NCBI GenBank assembly: GCA_964538145.1
Contig: CAZIEC010000005.1
Span: forward strand, 3,692-36,372
Direction: 5' to 3'
From: an uncultured archaeon
GTDB lineage: Archaea; Asgardarchaeota; Lokiarchaeia; Sigyniarchaeales; SOKP01
Length of the DNA stretch: 32,681 nt
Position 1 is the stretch's first letter; every line of letters starts with the position of its first letter. The notes under the pieces are model-generated. The model was not told the origin of the DNA. It saw only the letters and a list, made by a program, of their open reading frames with translations, and did no database searches. Positions 1 to 8,796 of the stretch are shown here, one piece after another. The position numbers and the translations under genes were made by a program.

Positions 1-441
1 TTTGATGGAATTGATGGAGCAATTGCAAGATTATTGGATAAAAGCACCAAGTTTGGAGGCTTTTTTGATTCAATTATGGACAGGATTAGCGAATTTTTCA
101 TATTTTTATCATTATTAATTTTTAATTGGAATTTTCAATTATGGGGGATTTTAGATCTAAAGTTAGTGATTTTTATTTCTTACATGGCATCGTTCATGAT
201 ATCGTACCTTCGTTCAAAAGCAAGCGTCTTATCTTCAGGAGATTTCGATATTGGTTTAATGGCGAGATCTGAAAGGCTTTTTTATATTTTCATCTCCAGC
301 TTGATTGCTCATTTCATAGGATTTTTCAGCGAACTCTTATTCATATTCATGTGGTTATTAATTTTCACGGTTGTAGTCCGTTATTTAAAATGCAAGAAAA
401 TTATTAATAAATCTGAAGATGAAAACAAGATATTTCAATAA
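1..441 (+). CDS. CDP-alcohol phosphatidyltransferase family protein, 5-prime truncated by window edge
   Basis: Frame 1 is open from base 1 and reads FDGIDGAIARLLDKSTKFGGFFDSIMDRISE. This is the D-G-x2-A-R-x8-G-x3-D-x3-D signature of CDP-alcohol phosphatidyltransferases, and hydrophobic helices follow it. The ORF track starts only at an internal Met (34). Confidence 0.75.
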   Translation, partial: FDGIDGAIARLLDKSTKFGGFFDSIMDRISEFFIFLSLLIFNWNFQLWGILDLKLVIFISYMASFMISYLRSKASVLSSGDFDIGLMARSERLFYIFISSLIAHFIGFFSELLFIFMWLLIFTVVVRYLKCKKIINKSEDENKIFQ

Positions 442-490
442 GAGTGAATGATTAAGAAATTACCCTTTATTTTAAGGAATTTTCCTTCAA

Positions 491-1180
491 CTATTTATTT
501 ATTATCTCTATAATTAATTTATCTCCATCTTTTAAATTGAAATAATCCCTTAAATAAGGTTTTGCCAATATCTCTACAATATTTTTTTCATGATGTGTAC
601 GTTGGATTTCAAGAATTGCTGCTTTTTGTTTTAAATCTCGATTATCCAAGCGAGATATATAAGCATCATAACATTTAACCGGACCATATTCTCTGTCTTG
701 ATCTCGAAAACCTTCAATAATCACGGGTGTGATGTGGCTTAATTTTTCTCTTAAAATTGCTATGTTAGTATCACTTAATCTTAAATTTAGCGTGCCTTTA
801 TAAGGTTCAAAACCTAATTTTTCTTTAAATTGGTCATAATATCCTTTAATTGAGACATAATATCGTCCTTCATGCATTCCCTCGCAAACCTCTCCAACAA
901 TTAATAATGCTTGTAACAATTCTTTAAGGCTCTTATATACATCAAGCATTATGTTAGCACCTTCTTTTGTGATTTTTATTTGTTGAGTTTTTCCAATAAT
1001 TGTACGTTTTATCCAGCCTAGTTCTTCTAAATCCTTTAATCTTTTGCTTCCAGTTTGTTGGCTCAATCCTAAAATCTTTCCAAATTCAACGGTATTAATA
1101 TTAATATAAGGCTTATCTTTTATTAATTGACATAATTTATATAAAGCAAACCAATTTGCGTAATTCTCTGGAGTTATCAT
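491..1180 (-). CDS. ribK: Winged-HTH domain fused to archaeal CTP-dependent riboflavin kinase (RbkR-like bifunctional regulator/kinase)
   Basis: The N-terminal ~90 aa look like a wHTH (GKILGLSQQTGSKRLKDLEELGWIKR). The C-terminal half carries the archaeal riboflavin kinase hallmark PYKGTLNLRL and PVKCY. The gene lies 7 bp downstream of ribL on the same strand. Confidence 0.8.
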   Translation of the reverse strand: MITPENYANWFALYKLCQLIKDKPYININTVEFGKILGLSQQTGSKRLKDLEELGWIKRTIIGKTQQIKITKEGANIMLDVYKSLKELLQALLIVGEVCEGMHEGRYYVSIKGYYDQFKEKLGFEPYKGTLNLRLSDTNIAILREKLSHITPVIIEGFRDQDREYGPVKCYDAYISRLDNRDLKQKAAILEIQRTHHEKNIVEILAKPYLRDYFNLKDGDKLIIEIINK

Positions 1181-1187
1181 TTCATTT

Positions 1188-1655
1188 TCAACTATTAGAG
1201 TTATTCATTTCATTTTTTAAATACCGATCTATAACTTTTTGTTTAATTAATCGAGAAGAATGCAATTCATACTTATCATAATATATTTCCAACCTTTTAA
1301 CTTTAATATGTCCCAAACCTTTCTTTTCTAAACCTTTTTGTAGAGTATTTATGTCATATTTTTGATCTGGACCGAGTAAAATTATATCCGGATTGATTTC
1401 TTCTACTGTTTTTAAAGTATCATTATCACTACGACCAATTCTTGCATCTTTTACATTTTTTAGTCCCTTTACCACTTCTAACCGTTGTTCTTGTGGTATT
1501 ATGGGATATTCTCCGGAATATTTTTTCCGATTCTTATCCGTCGCAACGACTACATAAACATCCCCTAATTTGGCAGCTTCATTAATTAAAAATAAATGGC
1601 CTGGATGTATAATGTCAAATGTTCCTGCTATCAAGATTTTCTTTTTCATATTCAT
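1188..1655 (-). CDS. ribL: FAD synthase / FMN adenylyltransferase, archaeal RibL type (cytidylyltransferase fold)
   Basis: N-terminal GTFDIIHPGH (the HxGH nucleotidyltransferase motif). Size is ~155 aa. It sits immediately upstream of the riboflavin kinase gene. Confidence 0.8.
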   Translation of the reverse strand: MNMKKKILIAGTFDIIHPGHLFLINEAAKLGDVYVVVATDKNRKKYSGEYPIIPQEQRLEVVKGLKNVKDARIGRSDNDTLKTVEEINPDIILLGPDQKYDINTLQKGLEKKGLGHIKVKRLEIYYDKYELHSSRLIKQKVIDRYLKNEMNNSNS

Positions 1656-1809
1656 GTCAACTAAATATTTTCATTTATTATTTTATTTTCATCCATTATT
1701 TAAAGCTTGAATTTGTTTTATTTGCGTAAGCTTTTTTCTAGTTAAATTAATCTACGATCATGTAATTTTATTGATCTTAAATCATTCCTATATGGTTCCA
1801 AGTTTAAAA

Positions 1810-2427
1810 TTATGAAGGTATATTTTTTTCAATACATTCTTTTAATTTATTAATTTGAATTGTCAAGGAGATATCGCCTCGTGTTCTTTCTATAGTTAAC
1901 CTCGCTTTATCAGTTTTATGTCTTAAATCTTGGGTTAAACCAGAAGGATAATCTAATGAAAATAAATAAGAATATATTTCATCCATGTATTCTAAAATTT
2001 CATTTAAATTATCAATTTTGGATTTTCTGATATTATCTAGAGCATATCTACGAAGTTCTCCAATAACATCTGCTAAACCAAGCACATAATTCAGGGGATC
2101 TACATTTAAATCACTTGGAGTTGGAATTTGCTTTTTTGTAATTATAGAATATAATATTACTGCTTCAGTATATTCTTGCTCTGGTGTTCGTAAATGTTTA
2201 AAAAAGAAACCAGGATTTTTATCAATTAAATTTAAGAGTTTTGAGTGGTTTTGTTGGAGAGCTTTTATTTTTGCCTCATATGAATCAAATTCTCCTCTAT
2301 GTACATTTTTTATAGCTCTACTAGCATCCCTAATCATTTCACGAGAAATCTTTAAGATTTCTTCACGAGTTTGATCTAACTCATCTAGCTTTTCAATTAT
2401 TTTTGAAAAAATTTTTTTAAGACTCAT
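1810..2427 (-). CDS. Translin-family protein (archaeal COG2178-like)
   Basis: All-helical 205 aa. The segment YVLGLADVIGELRRYALDNIRK ... LRHKTDKARLTIERTRGDISL is typical of archaeal translin-like proteins. Confidence 0.7.
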   Translation of the reverse strand: MSLKKIFSKIIEKLDELDQTREEILKISREMIRDASRAIKNVHRGEFDSYEAKIKALQQNHSKLLNLIDKNPGFFFKHLRTPEQEYTEAVILYSIITKKQIPTPSDLNVDPLNYVLGLADVIGELRRYALDNIRKSKIDNLNEILEYMDEIYSYLFSLDYPSGLTQDLRHKTDKARLTIERTRGDISLTIQINKLKECIEKNIPS

Positions 2428-2553
2428 GAGAACAGATAAATATTTTAGTAATCGTTAATTTGATTTTAAAGTATAGTTAATTTAGAAAAGATACAAAACT
2501 ATTTAGAATTTTTTGTTATTTATAATCAAGAGAAATAAATTATCGCGATAAAG

Positions 2554-4614
2554 ATGAAGATTTTACTAATTCATTCAGATGGCATCGAAGTCCACAAAAA
2601 TAAAGAAGCAACCAGTAATCCACAAGTATTTTCGGAAGATGTTATAAAAATGGATGGATTAATTCTCGTAGCTTTCGTGTCCGTTGAGGATCAAGATACA
2701 TATGATACGGATATCATTGCTAAACAAGGAGCTCAAGTTATTGAAGATGCAATCATGCAAATTTCTAGTTTTCCAGAGACTATTCGCAAAAAGAATGAGG
2801 AAATACGGGAATATAATAAGCAAATTGAACAAGGAAAAATAAAAGGAAAGCCAAGAAAATTAATCGAATTGATTAAAGATAGATCGATGTATAGAGTTGA
2901 TCAGGTGTTGGTTTATCCCTGGGCACATTTAAGTAAATTTTTAAGTAATGATCCTGAAGCAATGGAAGTTTGCCCTAAAATTGCAAAATTTTTGGAAGAA
3001 AAAGGAATAAAAGCGAAATATTCTCCATTTGGATGGTACAAATCTTTTAAAATTAATTGTTTAGGTCATGAAGTTGCAGAAATGTATCGTGATGTAAAAC
3101 TATACATCCAACCTGAAGAGCACATAACAAATGCTGTTTTTAAAGTTTTAATGCCTTCTGGAGAAGAATTAGAAATTAAATTTGATGATGATAAAAACAT
3201 AATAATACCTGAACAAATAAAAAATGAAGATTTTCGTCAATTTCTTAAATCAGAGCTAGAATCAAGGCGAGCTGATGAAGGTATTGAGCCTGCACACATA
3301 AAAGTTATGAAAGAGTTTGAATTAGTGGATTTTGATCCCAATACTGATGCTGGTAATTTGAGATGGTATACAAAAGGAGTAATCATGAAGAACTTGATTA
3401 AAAATTTCATTGAAGATCGTTTAATTGATTATGGGGCCATATTAATCGATACACCCGTAATGTATACTGTAAAAAATAAGAAATTAACTGCTCAAACTGC
3501 AAGATTTCCAGCACGGACATATTGGGTTGAATCCGGAAATGACAGATATCTCCTAAGGTTTGCTTCAGATTTCTTATTATTCGATTTATTTAGCTCAATG
3601 AACTTGAAACCACATTATTTCCCGTTGAGGGTTTATGAATGGGAACAATATGATTTTAGAAGAGAATTAAAGGGAGAGCTTACAGGTTTGAGAAGGCTCC
3701 GTGGTTTTATCATGCCGGACATGCACACATTATGCAAGGATTTAGATTCTGCCGTAGAGGAGTTTAAAAATCAATATTTCTTGATAAGAGACCTTTTATT
3801 GGATTTAGGAATCAAATCATTCATTATTTTTAGGACTACAAAAGATTTCTTTAAGGAAAATAAAGATTGGATCGTTGACCTGCTTAAGTCTGAAAATCAA
3901 CCTGCATTACTGGAATTATGGGAAGAAAGATATTATTATTTCATATTAAAATTTGAAAGGCCAGTATTATCTGCCCAAAATAAAAGTGCCACACTATCTA
4001 CTAATCAAATTGATGTCGAAAGTTCTTTAGAATACATGGTAGACAATGAAGGAAAAAAAAGACCAAAATACAACATTTATTACATTGATGAGAATGGCGA
4101 AAAACGATATCCAATTATATTACATAATTCTCCAACAGGTGGATTAGAACGAATACTCTGGGGATTGATAGAAACTGCCATACGAGAAAAAGATCGAATT
4201 GTACCGGGATTTAAAACTTGGTTATCCCCAATTCAAGTGCGAATACTCACAATTAGTGAAGATCAAACCGAATATGCTGAAAAAATACTTGATATTTTAA
4301 ATAAACATTCCTTTCGTGCAGATTTTGACGATAGAAACGAGACAATAGGAAAAAAAATAAGACAAGCAGAAATGGAATGGATTCCGTACATAGTCATTAT
4401 AGGCAAGCGCGAACAAGAAGAAGAAACAATTTCAGTTAGGAAAAGGTTAATAGGAGAACCATTTGGTCCAAAGAAAAGCACTTCAAAGCAATATAATAAC
4501 ATAAAATTATCCGAATTATTAGATATGCTGGAAGATGATACGAGAGGTTTCCCAAAATATAAGTTACCAGTTCAGTTTAGGAGATTTTCAACAAAAATTT
4601 ATTTTAGAAAGTAA
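2554..4614 (+). CDS. thrS: Threonyl-tRNA synthetase, archaeal type with N-terminal DTD-like editing domain
   Basis: The N-terminus MKILLIHSDG... matches the archaeal ThrRS editing-domain pattern. Class II core motifs are present (GLRRLRGFIMPDMH, HNSPTGGLERILWGLIE). The C-terminal anticodon-binding domain reads PIQVRILTISEDQ...GKKIRQAEMEWIPYIVIIGKRE. Confidence 0.92.
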   Translation: MKILLIHSDGIEVHKNKEATSNPQVFSEDVIKMDGLILVAFVSVEDQDTYDTDIIAKQGAQVIEDAIMQISSFPETIRKKNEEIREYNKQIEQGKIKGKPRKLIELIKDRSMYRVDQVLVYPWAHLSKFLSNDPEAMEVCPKIAKFLEEKGIKAKYSPFGWYKSFKINCLGHEVAEMYRDVKLYIQPEEHITNAVFKVLMPSGEELEIKFDDDKNIIIPEQIKNEDFRQFLKSELESRRADEGIEPAHIKVMKEFELVDFDPNTDAGNLRWYTKGVIMKNLIKNFIEDRLIDYGAILIDTPVMYTVKNKKLTAQTARFPARTYWVESGNDRYLLRFASDFLLFDLFSSMNLKPHYFPLRVYEWEQYDFRRELKGELTGLRRLRGFIMPDMHTLCKDLDSAVEEFKNQYFLIRDLLLDLGIKSFIIFRTTKDFFKENKDWIVDLLKSENQPALLELWEERYYYFILKFERPVLSAQNKSATLSTNQIDVESSLEYMVDNEGKKRPKYNIYYIDENGEKRYPIILHNSPTGGLERILWGLIETAIREKDRIVPGFKTWLSPIQVRILTISEDQTEYAEKILDILNKHSFRADFDDRNETIGKKIRQAEMEWIPYIVIIGKREQEEETISVRKRLIGEPFGPKKSTSKQYNNIKLSELLDMLEDDTRGFPKYKLPVQFRRFSTKIYFRK

Positions 4615-4617
4615 ATT

Positions 4618-4623
4618 GGAGGT
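4618..4623 (+). promoter_or_regulatory. Shine-Dalgarno-like GGAGGT, 6 nt upstream of the TTG start of the HAD hydrolase gene
   Basis: The sequence reads gtaaattGGAGGTcacatcTTGaaa. It lies directly after the thrS stop codon, which suggests translational coupling in an operon. Confidence 0.55.
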
Positions 4624-4629
4624 CACATC

Positions 4630-5250
4630 TTGAAAATAAAATGCATCATCTTCGATTTGGGGGGAGTTCTAGTCGAATTAGATTTCAGTAGATTTTTTAA
4701 CGAGGTTATTACCCCATCACCATTAAATAAACCTCAAACATCAATTATTTTGGAATTTTTTCGTCAATCTGATACTTACCATCAAGGTCTTATTTCAAAT
4801 GAAGAATTTTATCATCAAGCATGCGAATTATTGCAAATATGTTCACTTTCACAAGAAGAATTCTACAATGCATTTAATAGCATCGTTTCTAAAATCAATG
4901 AAGAAATGGTAAACCTTATAAGAAAAATAAGGCAAAAAAATTCCTTAAAGACCATATGTCTGTCAAATATCAACGCTAGTCATTGGAATTACTTGAAAGA
5001 AAAAGGTTGGAATTTGTCAGAATTATTTGATGACTTCATTCTTTCACATGAGGTACATCTTACTAAACCTGATCCCAAGATTTTCAAGCTTGCCATTCAT
5101 AAAGCAAAATGTAAACCAAATGAGATAATTTTCATTGATGATGGGCTAAATAACATTCGTTCTGCCAGAGAAATGGGTATTAATGCCATAAAATTTGTTG
5201 ATGTCAACGATTTAATTGAGAAATTGCGAGAAATGGGAATATCTATATAA
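4630..5250 (+). CDS. HAD-superfamily hydrolase (subfamily IA-like)
   Basis: Motif I is IIFDLGGVL, motif II is CLSN, and motifs III/IV are LTKPDPKIF and IFIDDGLNNI. A TTG start is preceded by GGAGGT. Confidence 0.75.
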   Translation: MKIKCIIFDLGGVLVELDFSRFFNEVITPSPLNKPQTSIILEFFRQSDTYHQGLISNEEFYHQACELLQICSLSQEEFYNAFNSIVSKINEEMVNLIRKIRQKNSLKTICLSNINASHWNYLKEKGWNLSELFDDFILSHEVHLTKPDPKIFKLAIHKAKCKPNEIIFIDDGLNNIRSAREMGINAIKFVDVNDLIEKLREMGISI

Positions 5251-5285
5251 TAAATGCTTGTTTTAGCTTATATTTTTTTTCTTCT

Positions 5286-5810
5286 TCATTTCAAGATGCT
5301 TTCCAAGCATAGCATGGCTAATTTTTTAAAAGCATCCTCCACATTCTTACCCGTCTTGGCAGATGTTTCTAAGTAAGTACAAGATAATCTACTTGCCATA
5401 TCTTCAGCTTCAGTCTTGCTAACTTGTCTTTCCAAATCAACTTTATTTCCTATTAGAAGCATAGGAATTGCTTTTTTTACAGCTTTTTTTATGCTACTTA
5501 TCCAACCGGGTAATTTTAACAGGGATTGTTTATCTGTTACATCGTAAACACCAATAGTCCCATTACTACCTTGAAAATATATTGATCTTAATTTAGCAAA
5601 TTGTTGATCTCCTGCAATATCCCATATTATTAGTCTAACGTGTTTATCTTCAATATTTATATCTTTAACTAAGAAATTTGAACCGATACTTTTCTTTAAA
5701 TCTGGATTGAAATAATTTTCCACAAACCTAATTAATAAGGAGGTTTTGCCAACACCAGTTGGTCCGAATAGATTAATTTTAAATTTATAAGTTGGTTCTG
5801 CGGAAATTAT
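5286..5810 (-). CDS. Ras/Rab-like small GTPase. The 5-prime end is uncertain because the P-loop lies upstream of the ORF-track start.
   Basis: The ORF-track product (GTG at 5723) carries G3 WDIAGDQQF, G4 GNKVDL and G5 ETSAK. The same frame stays open to 5861 and encodes PTYKFKINLFGPTGVGKTSLLIRF, which includes the G1 P-loop. There is no ATG, GTG or TTG upstream of the P-loop. The end coordinate 5810 is an ATA codon and is only a guess. Confidence 0.75.
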   Translation of the reverse strand: MISAEPTYKFKINLFGPTGVGKTSLLIRFVENYFNPDLKKSIGSNFLVKDINIEDKHVRLIIWDIAGDQQFAKLRSIYFQGSNGTIGVYDVTDKQSLLKLPGWISSIKKAVKKAIPMLLIGNKVDLERQVSKTEAEDMASRLSCTYLETSAKTGKNVEDAFKKLAMLCLESILK

Positions 5811-5964
5811 GAAAACCTTTTGAATGTGTTTAATGTTTTTAATTAATATAATACAATTTGATTATTTATATCTTTTTTAATACTTAAAGGATTTCAAGTA
5901 AGAATGAATAAAAAATTATTATTAAGAAATAAAGGTTTATTTCATTATTGGTAAATTCTATCTA

Positions 5965-7359
5965 TTAGTTACTTTTATCGGATTTTTCTTCTTTTTTCCG
6001 TTTATGTATGGTTTCCTTTATTTCTTCTTCGATTGTTTGAATTTCTTTTTTCACAACTTCAGTGGTTTTTTGCCCAATTCTTCCTAGTTGAATCATTATC
6101 CATTCTGGAGATCCTACGCCTCTAAAGTACTCAATCCAAATATACATTAAGAATCCCATCAATCCAGCATAACCGATATATATGAAAGGAAAGATGACAA
6201 TGTCAAATTGACCGATAAATAGTGTTATGAAGACGAAATGAATGAGAAATAGACTTAACGATGTTTTTCCATAATACATTAGCATGTTTGTAAAAATATT
6301 CTTCTTCTTTTTAAGATCAATAAAATAAAAGCAAATTCCAATGATTAATAGAGATGTCCCTAAGTTATATATCATATTGGGGCCCCTACCCCTAATTAAA
6401 AATTCCCACATTCCAGGATATCTTATTTCTGGGATTATCATTTGAGAATTGATGTACTTATATAATAATATGTGTGGATATTCTGATAATGGCAATGTCC
6501 CAACAGCATAATCCGTTGCATGAATAAAGCTATCTCCAGGAATGTATGCTAATCTTCCTAAAAAAATTCCTATCGCTGTAAAGAAAACTCCAGAAAATAA
6601 AAATTTGCGTATCAAGACAATATAATCTGTTTTTGAGCCACCAATCATAGCTTCATATAAGAATTCCCCATAAATGGTTGATATGAAACAAATAGAAACC
6701 CATGGTAGAATTGGCGTCATTGGAGAAGGAGATATGATAATATAATGAAGGAATTCAAGAATGACATTACCAGCTTTAACGCCATTAAATATGAATTCTC
6801 TAATGGGATCGGATGTGAAAATTATGACAAATCCGATCATCAAACGAGTCATTTTACTTAATTTCAAAGCATATAAAGATAAAATCTGGGAAATTCCTAT
6901 GAACATTAAAATATTCCAACCCCACAAATTGAGTGGAAAAGGATATCCCGCGATTGTAATGTCTATAGAGATGATATTAAATATTACTCCAATTACCATT
7001 ATAACAATTCCACGCGTTAAGATGCGATTTCGAATAACATTTTCTGGTAGAATACCTGATTTCTTACGGACACTAAATATCACGCTTAAAGCAGAAAGAA
7101 ATACAAATAATGAAGGACCAAGCACATCCAGGAAAGCAAAAACAATTCCGTAGAGGAAAATCCATTGACTATTAAGCCAAGCTCCCGCTATATGTGCTAA
7201 AATTATGAAAACGATGGCAAATCCTTTTACAAAATCTATACTGTTAATTCGTTTAGGTGACTCAAAATCACGCAAGTCTTCTACGGGAATTTCTTTTCTT
7301 AAATAGTCTAACAAGTCAATAGATTCCATATCTCGTTTTTCATTAGTTTTAGACGACAT
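5965..7359 (-). CDS. Polytopic membrane protein, DUF1624 / heparan-alpha-glucosaminide N-acetyltransferase-like acyltransferase family
   Basis: N-terminal RINSIDFVKGFAIVFIILAHIA matches the R-x-x-S-(I/L)-D-x-x-(R/K)-G ... H signature of this family. More than 10 hydrophobic helices follow. The C-terminal tail is Lys/Glu-rich. Confidence 0.55.
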   Translation of the reverse strand: MSSKTNEKRDMESIDLLDYLRKEIPVEDLRDFESPKRINSIDFVKGFAIVFIILAHIAGAWLNSQWIFLYGIVFAFLDVLGPSLFVFLSALSVIFSVRKKSGILPENVIRNRILTRGIVIMVIGVIFNIISIDITIAGYPFPLNLWGWNILMFIGISQILSLYALKLSKMTRLMIGFVIIFTSDPIREFIFNGVKAGNVILEFLHYIIISPSPMTPILPWVSICFISTIYGEFLYEAMIGGSKTDYIVLIRKFLFSGVFFTAIGIFLGRLAYIPGDSFIHATDYAVGTLPLSEYPHILLYKYINSQMIIPEIRYPGMWEFLIRGRGPNMIYNLGTSLLIIGICFYFIDLKKKKNIFTNMLMYYGKTSLSLFLIHFVFITLFIGQFDIVIFPFIYIGYAGLMGFLMYIWIEYFRGVGSPEWIMIQLGRIGQKTTEVVKKEIQTIEEEIKETIHKRKKEEKSDKSN

Positions 7360-7429
7360 GATTCAATGACCAATAATTTTAATCTGTGAGTTAATATTAT
7401 GTTATTATATACTAATATTTTAATCTTTA

Positions 7430-7888
7430 TTGAAAAAAAGAATTAACATTAGAATGATTGAGAAAGAAAAATTAAAAAAATTTATTAATTTCCGCATCGT
7501 GGGCATTATTGGTTCAATCTTATTAATCATTTCCCAGTTTTTGTCATGGTTTTCCGGTTTTACATTATTAAATATTTATAGCATTTACATTTCCTTTTCA
7601 TTAGGAGAATCATTTTTGTTTTTATTTCCATTAATAAGCGGGATTGTTTGTGCATTAGGTACAATTTTAGTTTTCATTAAATCGGAGTATAAAATAAATG
7701 CTGTAATAATTAACTTCATGGGATTAGGATTTTTCCTACTTTTCATTTTTGAAATCGTAACAAAGGATTCACCTTATATTGGGAATGCACAAATTGGGTT
7801 TTATTTTGCCATCATTGGTGCAATTTTAGTTTTTTTTGATGTTTTAAATATTCTCATGCAAGAAAAAAACAATAACAAGAAAGTTTAA
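7430..7888 (+). CDS. Small integral membrane protein, unknown function
   Basis: Four predicted hydrophobic helices. The start is TTG, with an alternative in-frame ATG at 7454. The stop lies 2 bp before the next gene, suggesting an operon. Confidence 0.5.
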   Translation: MKKRINIRMIEKEKLKKFINFRIVGIIGSILLIISQFLSWFSGFTLLNIYSIYISFSLGESFLFLFPLISGIVCALGTILVFIKSEYKINAVIINFMGLGFFLLFIFEIVTKDSPYIGNAQIGFYFAIIGAILVFFDVLNILMQEKNNNKKV

Positions 7889-7890
7889 TC

Positions 7891-8796
7891 ATGCGTGTTA
7901 AAAAAGAAGATGAAAACTCTTCAAAAAAAAATAACCCTGATGATTTAGAATCTAATTTTTATTACGCATTAAGTCATGAAATTCGTAGAAAAATGCTTGA
8001 AATAATTGGAGATAACGGTTTCGCTTCTTTTACAACTTTAAAAAAGCAATTAAAAGTTAGTACCGGTACGATTTATCACCATTTAGAAACGCTTTCTCAG
8101 TTAATTGAACAAAAATTAGATAAGAAATATTATTTAACTGATTTAGGTCAACATGCTTATAAATATATAAAAGATAATATTGAAACATTAAGGCGCAATA
8201 ATTTTTCAAGCAGGGATTTAAAATCACCTTTAATAAGAACCTTAATGTTTTTAACACCAAAACCATTGATCGAACAAAATAATAAAAAAATTCAATATTA
8301 CTCAATCACTCTTTCAATTGGAATATTAATTTTGGGAGTAATATTCTGTGAAATAACCAAAATTTTTCCTTTTTTATTACTTTTCGATAATTCTATAGCA
8401 ATTTTTCCCAGTAGTTTAATAAATGCTTTCCCAATCCATGGTGTTTTCTTTATCATTAATTTTTTCATATATTTTATTATAATAGAAGGAGCTTGCAGGT
8501 TATTTTATAAACAGAAAAATAATTCTTTATTATTTTTAATATCTTTTGGAACCATATTTATTCCTTCTATCATTTATTTAATCTTTCATTTTTTATTCAT
8601 AATTACTCAAACTATTGAGATCCCGCAAGTTCAAGCACTAGATAATATTTTAATGATCATATTTCAAGCGTGGTCTTTATGGTTATTAATCTATAATTTA
8701 ATGATTCATAAAAATTTAAAAATTGAAAACGCACTCATATTATCCTTGTTAATCCATTATGGTGGCTTTTCAATTATTTTGATCATATCTCTTTAA
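7891..8796 (+). CDS. ArsR-type winged-HTH domain fused to a C-terminal multi-pass membrane domain
   Basis: N-terminal YYALSHEIRRKMLEIIGDNGFASFTTLKKQLKVSTGTIYHHLETL is an ArsR/SmtB-like recognition helix region. Residues from ~135 to the end form 5-6 hydrophobic helices. Confidence 0.65.
   Translation: MRVKKEDENSSKKNNPDDLESNFYYALSHEIRRKMLEIIGDNGFASFTTLKKQLKVSTGTIYHHLETLSQLIEQKLDKKYYLTDLGQHAYKYIKDNIETLRRNNFSSRDLKSPLIRTLMFLTPKPLIEQNNKKIQYYSITLSIGILILGVIFCEITKIFPFLLLFDNSIAIFPSSLINAFPIHGVFFIINFFIYFIIIEGACRLFYKQKNNSLLFLISFGTIFIPSIIYLIFHFLFIITQTIEIPQVQALDNILMIIFQAWSLWLLIYNLMIHKNLKIENALILSLLIHYGGFSIILIISL

Noticed and set aside
461-484. AAGGAAttTTCCTT palindrome between convergent genes, considered as a bidirectional terminator
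   Set aside because: The effective stem is very short and AT-rich. Archaeal termination mainly uses oligo-T tracts. The evidence is insufficient to call it a feature.
4263-4502. 79-aa minus-strand ORF inside thrS
   Set aside because: It lies entirely antisense within a confidently identified gene and has a low-complexity product. This is a typical shadow ORF of AT-rich coding sequence. The same reasoning applies to 8057-8305, 11987-12172, 13819-14025, 15371-15580, 16218-16427, 16464-16748, 18512-18799, 20434-20616, 22116-22298, 24432-24635, 24643-24834, 26137-26331 and 31843-32040.
6761-7153. 130-aa plus-strand ORF inside the DUF1624-like membrane gene
   Set aside because: It is antisense to a 464-aa ORF that has a recognisable N-terminal family motif. 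It has no motif of its own.
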